NCBI GenBank assembly: GCA_963735875.1
Contig: CAVTMO010000007.1
Coordinates: forward strand, 449,783-513,782
DNA from: an uncultured Acidobacteriota bacterium
Lineage (GTDB): Bacteria > Acidobacteriota > Vicinamibacteria > Vicinamibacterales > UBA2999
Direction: 5' to 3'
Length of the DNA: 64,000 nucleotides
Both the position numbers and the translations under genes were made by a program. Under the pieces are notes generated by a model. The model was given only the letters and a program-made list of their open reading frames with translations, did no database searches and was not told the origin of the DNA. Positions 18,899 through 26,955 of the stretch are shown here, one piece after another. The stretch's first letter is position 1; each line of letters starts with the position of its first letter.

Positions 18899-19107
18899 GG
18901 GGTCTGGCACCGATGGCACGTGATCGGTGCCGCTCGTCCTGATTCGCGCTGAAACCGCTGCAACGATCGCACAATCGACGACACGTCACGCTCGGCTGTC
19001 GCGGTGGCGGCGCGAGAAGCGTGCCAAGGGGGTCAGACCCCCAGTGGGCGTGCCGGTCGTGTGGTAGATCCGTAGCCGCGCCGGAGGACCCACGAGATCG
19101 GTGCCAG
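18899..19107. repeat. Inverted-repeat (MITE-like) intergenic element, copy A
   Basis: The 5' end GGGGTCTGGCACCGATGGCACGTGA matches 42800-42824 at 23 of 25 positions. Terminal inverted repeat CTGGCACCGAT (18904-18914) / ATCGGTGCCAG (19097-19107). Internal hairpins include GGGGGT-CAG-ACCCCC at about 19029. Confidence 0.5.
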
Positions 19108-19113
19108 TGGCCT

Positions 19114-20355
19114 TCAGGCCGCGGCTCGTGAGCCTCGCAGACGTTCGAGCAGCAGGTACGCGACGACTGCCGTTGCGAAGCCGGGTGCGGTCGCGCCGGA
19201 GCCAGCGAAGGCAGCATAGGTCGCCACACCGGCGGCCCAGGCCATCATCCCCGTCCACCGGACGCCGGCCAGTGGCCCGCTCGCGTCGTACAAGTCGGGC
19301 ACGCGCGGCCAGCGCCGGCGCACGACGAAGTGCGCCACCAGCACGCCGCCCACTGGCACCAGGAGCGCGCCGACGACGGTCATGAAGCTGGCGAACCGCT
19401 CGAGCCAGACGCCCGACACCGCGCCGAGCGCCGTACCGACGAGCCCGACCGACCATACCGCCGTCCGCTCGGGGATCGCCGGCATGACGCTTCGCCACGC
19501 CAGCGACGACAGGTAGATGTTGACGAAGTTGGTCGTCACCGTCGCCAGCGTGATGAGCAGCGTGGCGGCTGCGCCGGTGCCGGCCGCGGCGAGCATCGCC
19601 CCCGGATCGGTGCTGCCGGCCAGCCGGGCGAGGGCCCAGCCGAGCGGCATCAGCCACCACGCGGTGAGCGTCAGGCCCAGCCACACCGCCCACACGCTGG
19701 TTCGTGACGATCGGGTGAAGCGCGAGTAGTCGGCGAACATCAGCAGCCACGACACCTGATAGCCGGCCACGACGTCGAGCCCGGCCAGCGGCGTGAGCGT
19801 CACCGGTGGCGGTGCCAGATCGCTGCGCCAGGCGCCGGCCACGCCGAAGCTGAGGACGAGTCCGGCGATCGCCATCGCCGGCACCGCCCAGCGATCGGCC
19901 TGCCGGACCGCCGCCGGCCCGCCGGCGGCGATCGCAGTGGCGAGCATCCCCAGCCCCGCCGACGCCATCGGCAGGGCGATCGCGCTGCTCAGCCACGGCA
20001 CGAGCACCGACGCCGCGATCGTGTTGTTGACCGCAATCCACGCGAAGTTGGTGACGAAGAGCACCGTCGCCACCAGCGCCGCGCCGCGATGGCCGAGCAC
20101 GGCGCGCACTGCCACCATCGACGGCACGCCGAGCCGCGAGCCCACCGGCGCCAGGGCCGCCACCAGGGCGGCGCCGAGCGGCACGCCGACCAGCACCAGC
20201 GCCGTCATCCACCCCGCCGAGGGCAGGCCGGCCAGCGATGCCCCGACCTGCATGGTGGTGGCGACGATGTTGGCGGCGGCGAAGATGAGGAACAGATCCC
20301 GGCCCGACTGGGTCTGCGCCTCGGGGGCGACGGCGGCGAGACTCGCGGCCTGCAA
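19114..20355 (-). CDS. NCS1-type (cytosine/purine/hydantoin-like) permease
   Basis: About 12 predicted TM helices. N-terminal region RDLFLIFAAANIVATTMQVGASL and FVTNFAWIAVNNTIAAS resemble CodB/NCS1 transporters. Lies 21 nt downstream of the FAD oxidase gene. Confidence 0.6.
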   Translation of the reverse strand: MQAASLAAVAPEAQTQSGRDLFLIFAAANIVATTMQVGASLAGLPSAGWMTALVLVGVPLGAALVAALAPVGSRLGVPSMVAVRAVLGHRGAALVATVLFVTNFAWIAVNNTIAASVLVPWLSSAIALPMASAGLGMLATAIAAGGPAAVRQADRWAVPAMAIAGLVLSFGVAGAWRSDLAPPPVTLTPLAGLDVVAGYQVSWLLMFADYSRFTRSSRTSVWAVWLGLTLTAWWLMPLGWALARLAGSTDPGAMLAAAGTGAAATLLITLATVTTNFVNIYLSSLAWRSVMPAIPERTAVWSVGLVGTALGAVSGVWLERFASFMTVVGALLVPVGGVLVAHFVVRRRWPRVPDLYDASGPLAGVRWTGMMAWAAGVATYAAFAGSGATAPGFATAVVAYLLLERLRGSRAAA

Positions 20356-20376
20356 TGTGCCCCGCGCGCTGCGGCG

Positions 20377-21555
20377 TCAGACGAAGTGGTGCTCGCCGGC
20401 GGCGCGTCCGGCGGCGAAGCGCGAGAAGGCGAACGGGGTGAGGTCCATCCCGGGGTCGCGCCCGAGCATCACGTCGGCCAGCAGCCGGCCGGCCGCCGGC
20501 GCGTGCTGGAAACCGTGGCCGCTGAAGCCGGCGATGGCGTAGAAGCCCTCGACGCCGAGCCCGCCGATGACCGGGTTGTGATCGGGGGTCATCTCGTAGA
20601 GCCCGGCCCAGGCGTGGGTCACCGACGCCTCGGCCAGCGCCGGCAGCCGCCGCACCGCCGTCTCGGTGACCTCGGGCAGGAAGTCCCACCGCACCGTGGT
20701 GTCGAAGCCGGGCCGCTCGCTCTTGTCGCCCATCCCGAAGAGCAGTCCGGCGCCTTCGCGGTGGAAGTAGAACGTCGTGTCGAAGTCGATCACCATCAGC
20801 CGCGACGACGGCGTGCGGCCGGCGTAGGCCGCATCGTCCCAGCTGGCGCCTGGCGCCGGCTGGGCGATGAAGATGTGGCGGCGCTCGGGGATCACCGGGA
20901 GCGTCACCCCGGCCAACGCTGCCACCTGGCCGGCCCACGGCCCGGCGGCGTTGACGACGGCGCGCGTGGCAATCGGCCCGCCGCTGGTCGTCACCCCGGC
21001 GATCCGCCCGTCGGGGGCGTCGATGCCGGTCACCTCGGTGTCGCGCAGGATCGTCACGCGGCCGCGCAGCTGCGCGGCGCGGACCAGGCCCATGGTGACG
21101 CCGCTGGGGTCGGCGATGCCGTCGGCGGCGCAGAAGGTGGCGGCGCGCACGCCGGTGGCGTCGAGTCCCGGCGTCATCGCCGCCGCCTCGTCGCCCGACA
21201 GCCAGGCGACGTCGAGGCCGAGACGGCGCTGCACAGCCACGCTCTCGGCGAAGGCGCGCTCGCTCGCCTCGCTCGACAGCAGGAACAGGTAGCCGTCCTG
21301 CCAGAAGTCGATCGGCGTGCCGACCTCCTCCTCGAAGCGGGAGAAGAGCGCGATCGACTCGCGCGACAAGGCGATGTTGGCGGGATCGGAGAACTGGTGG
21401 CGGACGCCGCCGGCGTTGCGGCCGGTGGACCCGGCGCCGAGCTGCGCTTCACGCTCGACCAACACCACCTCGCCGGCGCCGTGCGTCGTCAGGTAGTAGG
21501 CGGTGGCCGCGCCCATGCACCCGCCGCCGACGATCACGACATCTGCCGTCCGCAT
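20377..21555 (-). CDS. FAD-dependent oxidoreductase (DAO / sarcosine-oxidase-beta-like)
   Basis: Dinucleotide fold MRTADVVIVGGGCMGAATAYYL. C-terminal GFSGHGFQHAPAAG motif. The start is taken at the ATG giving the canonical N-terminus; the ORF stays open up to 21573. Confidence 0.8.
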   Translation of the reverse strand: MRTADVVIVGGGCMGAATAYYLTTHGAGEVVLVEREAQLGAGSTGRNAGGVRHQFSDPANIALSRESIALFSRFEEEVGTPIDFWQDGYLFLLSSEASERAFAESVAVQRRLGLDVAWLSGDEAAAMTPGLDATGVRAATFCAADGIADPSGVTMGLVRAAQLRGRVTILRDTEVTGIDAPDGRIAGVTTSGGPIATRAVVNAAGPWAGQVAALAGVTLPVIPERRHIFIAQPAPGASWDDAAYAGRTPSSRLMVIDFDTTFYFHREGAGLLFGMGDKSERPGFDTTVRWDFLPEVTETAVRRLPALAEASVTHAWAGLYEMTPDHNPVIGGLGVEGFYAIAGFSGHGFQHAPAAGRLLADVMLGRDPGMDLTPFAFSRFAAGRAAGEHHFV

Positions 21556-21632
21556 GGCGCTGCATCGTAGCATCGCGCTGGCGCTATGCTCTGCCGGTGA
21601 CTCCCTGTCCGGCGATCGTCAGGAGGTGGCGT

Positions 21633-22583
21633 GTGCGCACGACGATGTTTCTTACCCTTGCGGCCGTTCTGATGTCCGTCGATCTCGCCGCCGCGCAGCG
21701 CTGGCAGCCGCCGGCCGACGCCCAGCGCTGTCCGTCGAAGTGGGGTGCCGCCGATCAGCGGGGCTCGGGCAACCACATGAAGCCGGAGACGGTGCTGCGT
21801 GCCGCCCGGCTGATCCGTGCCGGCGAGGTCTTCGAGCTCGGCCACGTGCTCTCCGACGCCATGCCGCTGTTCGGGGGGCGGCGCTTCGAGCTCTTCACCA
21901 AGCGTACGCGCAACGATCCGGGCACCAACCGGCGCGGCTCGAACGAGGAGCTGGTCGTCGCCGAGATCGGCCAGGTCGGGACGCAGTTCGATGGCTTCAG
22001 CCACCAGACGATCGGGACGAGCATGTACAACTGCGTCGGGCTCGACGAGGCGGCCAGCCGCACCGGGTTCACCAAGCTCGGCGTGGACCAGGTGGGGGCG
22101 CTGGTCACGCGCGGCGTGCTGCTCGACATCGCGGCGCTCAAGCAGGTGCCGGTGCTCGGCGACTCCTACGAGATCACGCCCCAGGACCTGCAGCAGGCGC
22201 TCGCCGCCCAGCAGCTGACACTCCAGCCGGGCGACGCGGTGCTCGTCCACACCGGGTGGGGCACGCTGTGGGGGCGCGACAACCTGCGCTACCAGCGCAC
22301 CAGTCCCGGCCTCGGCACGGCCGCCGCCGAGTGGCTGGCCCGGCAGGATCCGATGCTGGTTGGCGCCGACAATTCCGGCGTCGAGGTGGCGCCGCCCGCC
22401 GATCCGCAGCTGGCCGGTCCGGTGCACCAGATCCTGCTCGTGGTCAACGGCATTCACCTGCTGGAGAACCTGCGGCTCGAGGAGCTGGCGGCGCGCCGCG
22501 CCTACGAGTTCGCGCTGGTGGTCGAGCCGCTGAAGATCAAGGGCGGCACCGGATCGACCGTCGCGCCGATCGCGATTCGCTGA
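21633..22583 (+). CDS. Cyclase-family (kynurenine-formamidase-like fold) protein, secreted
   Basis: AGGAGG lies 7 nt upstream of the GTG at 21633. Signal peptide FLTLAAVLMSVDLAAAQ. Core VGTQFDGFSHQ corresponds to the cyclase HxGTHxDxxxH region, but with Q at both leading His positions. Confidence 0.6.
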   Translation: MRTTMFLTLAAVLMSVDLAAAQRWQPPADAQRCPSKWGAADQRGSGNHMKPETVLRAARLIRAGEVFELGHVLSDAMPLFGGRRFELFTKRTRNDPGTNRRGSNEELVVAEIGQVGTQFDGFSHQTIGTSMYNCVGLDEAASRTGFTKLGVDQVGALVTRGVLLDIAALKQVPVLGDSYEITPQDLQQALAAQQLTLQPGDAVLVHTGWGTLWGRDNLRYQRTSPGLGTAAAEWLARQDPMLVGADNSGVEVAPPADPQLAGPVHQILLVVNGIHLLENLRLEELAARRAYEFALVVEPLKIKGGTGSTVAPIAIR

Positions 22584-22602
22584 GCTGTTAAGCTGAGCGA
22601 CC

Positions 22603-23922
22603 ATGACGTTCCGTTCTCACGCCCGTTGCCGGGCTGTCGCCTTCGCGCTGCTGTCCGCCTTCACCGCGTCGCTGGCGGCGCAGGCGCCAACGTCGGCGCC
22701 CGCCGCGCCACGGCTGCTGCAGCCGGCGCGCGTCTTCGACGGCGAAGCGATGCACGAGGGCTGGGTGGTGCTGGTGCAGGGCCAGGAGATCGTCGCCGCC
22801 GGTCCGGCGGCGGAGGTCGCCGCACCCGCCGGGGCGGAACGGGTCGCGCTGCCGGGACTGACCCTGCTGCCCGGCCTGATCGAAGGCCACTCGCACCTGC
22901 TGCTGCATCCCTACAACGAGACGACGTGGAACGATCAGGTGCTGCGCGAACCGTTGGCCTACCGGGTCGCCCGCGCCGTGGTCAACGCGCGAGACACGTT
23001 GATGGCCGGCATCACCACCGTGCGCGATCTGGGCACCGAGGGCGCCGGTTACGCCGACGTCGGCCTCAGGCAGTCGATCCAGGACGGCATCGTGCCCGGG
23101 CCGCGGATGATCGTGGCTGGTCCGGCGATGGTCGCCACCGGCACCTACGGTCCGAAGGGCTTCGCGCCCGAAGTGACCGTGCCGCAGGGCGCCGAGGAGG
23201 CCGACGGCCTCGAAGGCGTGGCTCGCGTCACGCGCAACCAGATCGGCCACGGCGTGGACTTCATCAAGATCTACGCCGACTACCGCTGGGGGCCCAACGG
23301 CGAGGCCCGGCCGACCTTCAGCGTCGACGAGATCACCCGCATCGTCGAGATCGCCCGCAGCAGCGGCCGCTACGTGGTGGCGCACGCCGGGACGGCCGAG
23401 GGCATGCGCCGGGCGATCGCCGGCGGGGTGGAGACGATCGACCACGGGGACGCCGGCACGCCCGAAGTGTGGAAGCTGATGGTGGAGAAGGACGTCGCGT
23501 TGTGCGCGACCCTGGCGGCGCCCGATGCCACCGCGCAGTACGCCGGCTGGAAGAAGGGCCAGGAGCCCGAGCCGGCGCGGCTGCGCGACAAGCGGACCGC
23601 GTTCCAGGCGGCGATGAAGGCCGGCGTGCGGCTGTGCTTCGGCGGCGACGTCGGCGTCTTCCCGCACGGCGACAACGTGCGCGAGCTGGAGCAGATGGTG
23701 GCCGCCGGCGTGAGCCCGGCCGAGGCGGCGCGCATCGCCACCTCGGGCAACGCCGACATCTTCCACGTCGGCGATCGCGTTGGCCGCGTCAAGCGCGGGC
23801 TGCTCGCCGATCTCATCGCCGTCGAGGGGGATCCCACCCGCGAGGTGGCGGCGCTGCGCCGCGTGCGCCTGGTGATGAAGGACGGCCACATCTACAAGCG
23901 GCCCGAGCCATCGGCGCGATGA
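22603..23922 (+). CDS. Secreted amidohydrolase (imidazolonepropionase/prolidase-like)
   Basis: Signal peptide AFALLSAFTASLAAQA. Motif LPGLIEGHSHLLLHPY. C-terminal ADLIAVEGDP motif. Confidence 0.8.
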   Translation: MTFRSHARCRAVAFALLSAFTASLAAQAPTSAPAAPRLLQPARVFDGEAMHEGWVVLVQGQEIVAAGPAAEVAAPAGAERVALPGLTLLPGLIEGHSHLLLHPYNETTWNDQVLREPLAYRVARAVVNARDTLMAGITTVRDLGTEGAGYADVGLRQSIQDGIVPGPRMIVAGPAMVATGTYGPKGFAPEVTVPQGAEEADGLEGVARVTRNQIGHGVDFIKIYADYRWGPNGEARPTFSVDEITRIVEIARSSGRYVVAHAGTAEGMRRAIAGGVETIDHGDAGTPEVWKLMVEKDVALCATLAAPDATAQYAGWKKGQEPEPARLRDKRTAFQAAMKAGVRLCFGGDVGVFPHGDNVRELEQMVAAGVSPAEAARIATSGNADIFHVGDRVGRVKRGLLADLIAVEGDPTREVAALRRVRLVMKDGHIYKRPEPSAR

Positions 23923-24755
23923 CGCCAGACGCAGGACTGCGCGTCACCGGCCTGCACATCTATCCGGTGAAGTCGTGCGGCGGGATCGCGCTCGCCGAAT
24001 CGCCGGTGGGCCGCATGGGCCTGCGCTACGACCGCCAGTGGGTGTTCGTGGACGAGCACGGCATGTTCGTGGCCCAGCGTGAGTCGCGCGGCCTGGGCAT
24101 CCCCGTGCGCACGATGTGCCTGATCGCAACGGCGATCGCCGGTGGCACCCTCACCCTGACCGCGCCCGACATGCCGCCGCTGCGAGTGCCGGCAGACGGC
24201 GTCGACGGACCGGACGTGCCGGTACGCGTCTGGGACAGCCACACCAGTGGCGTCGATCAGGGCGCGGACGCTGGCGCTTGGGCGACCGAAGTGCTGTCGC
24301 GCGAGCGCCCCGGACGCTATCGGCTGGTCCGCATGCCCGATCGCACCCACCGTCGCTCGAAGATCGGCGATGGGGAAGTGGCCTACGGCGACGCCTATCC
24401 GTTCCTGGTCATCTCGGAGGAGTCGCTCGCCGATCTGAACGCCCGCATGCCCGCACCGCTGCCGATGAACCGCTTCCGCCCCAACATCGTCATCCGCGGC
24501 GGCGCTCCGTACGTCGAAGACACGCTCGATCGCTTCCGCATCGGGAACGTCGAGTTCACGGGCACGACGTTGTGCATCCGCTGCCCGATTCCCACGACCG
24601 ACCAGCGGACTGCCGAGCGCGGCAAGGAGCCGCTGAAGACGCTGGCCACCTATCGCAAGCAGCCCGACGGCGTGGTCTTCGGCCGCAACTTCAATCACGC
24701 CGGTACGGGGTCCGTGCGCGTCGGCGACCGCGTCGAGCCGCTGGCGTCGATGTAG
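23919..24755 (+). CDS. MOSC domain protein (N-terminal beta-barrel plus MOSC)
   Basis: N-terminus LRVTGLHIYPVKSCGG and C-terminal TLCIRCPIPTTDQ with the conserved Cys. ATGA overlap with the upstream stop. The TAG stop (24753-24755) lies inside a REP copy. Confidence 0.8.
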   Translation: MTPDAGLRVTGLHIYPVKSCGGIALAESPVGRMGLRYDRQWVFVDEHGMFVAQRESRGLGIPVRTMCLIATAIAGGTLTLTAPDMPPLRVPADGVDGPDVPVRVWDSHTSGVDQGADAGAWATEVLSRERPGRYRLVRMPDRTHRRSKIGDGEVAYGDAYPFLVISEESLADLNARMPAPLPMNRFRPNIVIRGGAPYVEDTLDRFRIGNVEFTGTTLCIRCPIPTTDQRTAERGKEPLKTLATYRKQPDGVVFGRNFNHAGTGSVRVGDRVEPLASM

Positions 24756-24803
24756 GGCGGCTCTTCAGAGCCGCCTCGAGGCGGGGCTGAAGCTCCGCCC
24801 TAC
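24752..24803. repeat. REP/BIME-like inverted pair
   Basis: GTAGGGCGGCTCTTCAGAGCCGCC (24752-24775) and GGGGCTGAAGCTCCGCCCTAC (24783-24803). Confidence 0.85.
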
Positions 24804-24817
24804 GAACCGCAGGCCGC

Positions 24818-25394
24818 TCAGCGCGCGACGGTGCCCTTGAAGGCGATGCGAATCTGCGGGCCGACCTTCAGCATCCCCAGGAACACGGTCGGCGGCTCGA
24901 TGCCGTAGGCGGGCAGCTCCAGCCGCGTGTTGCCCTCGACGACCACGCCCTGGTCGCCCTTGGTGAAGGTCAGCGGGACGCTCACCGGCTGCGAGTTGCC
25001 GGTGATGGTCATCGTGCCGCTGGCCTCGGCGCGCGGTGCCGGCCACGGTGTACTTCTCCAGCTTGTAGACGATCTCCGGGAACTTGTCCGACTTCATCGC
25101 CTCGTTGAGGTGCTGGGTCATCTCCTCGTTCGGGCACCGGAACGCCTTCACTGGCACCGTGACGGTCGCGGCCTGCACACCGGTCGCGAAGCCCGGCACC
25201 GCCGTGCCGGCCGTGGCCGGCGTGATCGCCACCGTGCCCTGGGCGCTGCAGGTCCAGTTGCGCACGGTCGACGACCCCGACACGTTGAAGTCGATGGTCG
25301 GGGCCTGCGCCGCGGCGGAGCCCGGCAGCGCTGCCGCGAGCGCGCACGCCAGGATCACGGTGGGGACGGCGATCAGCCGTAGCTGCGTCGCCAT
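24818..25394 (-). pseudogene. YceI-like periplasmic protein, one frameshift near 25030
   Basis: The N-terminal frame (MATQLRLIAVPTVILACALAAALPGSAAAQ ... FPEIVYKLEKYTVAGTA) continues in another frame as TMTITGNSQPVSVPLTF...IAFKGTVAR. The junction lies in a GCGCGC context. Confidence 0.6.
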
Positions 25395-25405
25395 CGGACC
25401 GACGG

Positions 25406-26848
25406 TCACAGCCCGAAGCCGTTGCGGTTGTCGCGCATCATCACCGGCGTCTGCCCGGGCATCACGAACTGCGGCCCGATCTCGACGAGGGTCGAGGTGC
25501 GCGTCTGCCGCATGATCATCGCGAACTCGGCCAGCAGCAGCGTGATCACCTTGTCCACGCCCTCCTGGCCGAACGCCCCCAGGCCCCACACGTACGGCCG
25601 GCCGATGCCGACTGCGTCGGCGCCGAGCGCGACCGCCTTGAAGATGTCGGCGCCGCGCCGGACGCCGCTGTCGATGAAGACCGGCACCCGTCCCTTGACG
25701 CCGGCGACCACTTCCGGCAGGCAATCGATGGTCGAGCGAAGGCTGTTCTCGGCGCGGCCGCCGTGGTTCGACACGTAGACGCCGTCGGCGCCGTTCTCCA
25801 CGGCCTGCTCGGCTTCCTCGCGGGTGACGATGCCCTTCAGCACCACCTTCATCTTCCCGGTGTCCTTGAGCCGCTTGACGTAGTCCCACGTGAACGGATG
25901 ACGCGGTCCCGGCGGCCCCGAGACGCCGCGGTGCATCGGGCGCTGGTAGTCGTCCTTGTGGTTGTGACAGCTCTGGCAGAGCGGGCGATCGTAGCCCTCC
26001 TTGCCCTGCGAGCGCCGCGACAGCTCTCGGTTGCTGCCGCCGAGCAGATCGATGGTCCAGACCAGCACCGGACAGCCGGCGGCCGACACCTTGGCGAGGG
26101 TGCGTACGTTCACGTCCCAGTCGGCGTTGGCGTAGAGCTGGAACCAGTGCGGCTCGCCGCGGGCCTCGGCGATGGCCTCGTAGGACTGCGAGCTCTGGTG
26201 CGACTGGAGCTGCAGGATGCCGCGCGCCTTGGCGGCGCGCGCCGCGCCGCTCTCGCCCTCGGTGTGATACGCCTCGAGGGCGGCGACCGGGCAGAGGAAG
26301 AGCGGCGTCGCCCAGCGGCGGCCGAACAGCTCGACCGACGTATCCAGCTTGGCCGCCTCGGGGCCCAGCCGCCGCGGACGCAGCATCAGGCGCTGGAACC
26401 CCTCACGGTTGGCGAACCGCGTCTCGAAGTCGTCGACCCCCATGTGGATGTAGTTCCAGTGCTGGGGCAGCGTGTTGGCGTAGGCCACGCGCTCCATGTC
26501 CCACACGTTGATCGCCTCGGCGGCGCTGTCGATGAGCTGCCCGCTCAGGTGCACGTCCAGCGCCCCGGGCGGCTGTGGTGGCTGTGGCGGCGGGCTGGTC
26601 TGGGTCGTCGTCGATCGCAGCAGCGGCGGCGGCGCCATCTGGAACGGCTGGCCGCAGTCGGCGCAGGTCAGTGTGCTGGCTCCGGAGGACTGCGCCTTGC
26701 GCAACTCCCGGTCGACGCCGAGCTGCCACGCGGACGGGAACAGCGGGTAAGCCGTGGCCAGCAGCGGACTGCCCGCCAGCATCTTGAAGAAACGCCGGCG
26801 GCTGGCCCGCGTCGCGGCCGTCTCCGGACCCGTATTCACTCCGCTCAT
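25406..26848 (-). CDS. FMN-dependent alpha-hydroxy-acid oxidase/dehydrogenase with Tat-type signal and long N-terminal extension
   Basis: SRRRFFKML twin-arginine motif and GAGGAG upstream of the ATG at 26848. TIM-barrel FMN motifs (IVLKGI, VSNHGGR, DSGVRRGADIFKAVALGA). Confidence 0.75.
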   Translation of the reverse strand: MSGVNTGPETAATRASRRRFFKMLAGSPLLATAYPLFPSAWQLGVDRELRKAQSSGASTLTCADCGQPFQMAPPPLLRSTTTQTSPPPQPPQPPGALDVHLSGQLIDSAAEAINVWDMERVAYANTLPQHWNYIHMGVDDFETRFANREGFQRLMLRPRRLGPEAAKLDTSVELFGRRWATPLFLCPVAALEAYHTEGESGAARAAKARGILQLQSHQSSQSYEAIAEARGEPHWFQLYANADWDVNVRTLAKVSAAGCPVLVWTIDLLGGSNRELSRRSQGKEGYDRPLCQSCHNHKDDYQRPMHRGVSGPPGPRHPFTWDYVKRLKDTGKMKVVLKGIVTREEAEQAVENGADGVYVSNHGGRAENSLRSTIDCLPEVVAGVKGRVPVFIDSGVRRGADIFKAVALGADAVGIGRPYVWGLGAFGQEGVDKVITLLLAEFAMIMRQTRTSTLVEIGPQFVMPGQTPVMMRDNRNGFGL

Positions 26849-26955
26849 GTCCGCACTCCTCGATGTCGCCGGCGCCACGCCATCGGGCCCGGAGGCCGCG
26901 ATGCCCGGACCACTGGTGGCCGGGCATCGCGGAGTGTATCAATCGGACCGGGTTC

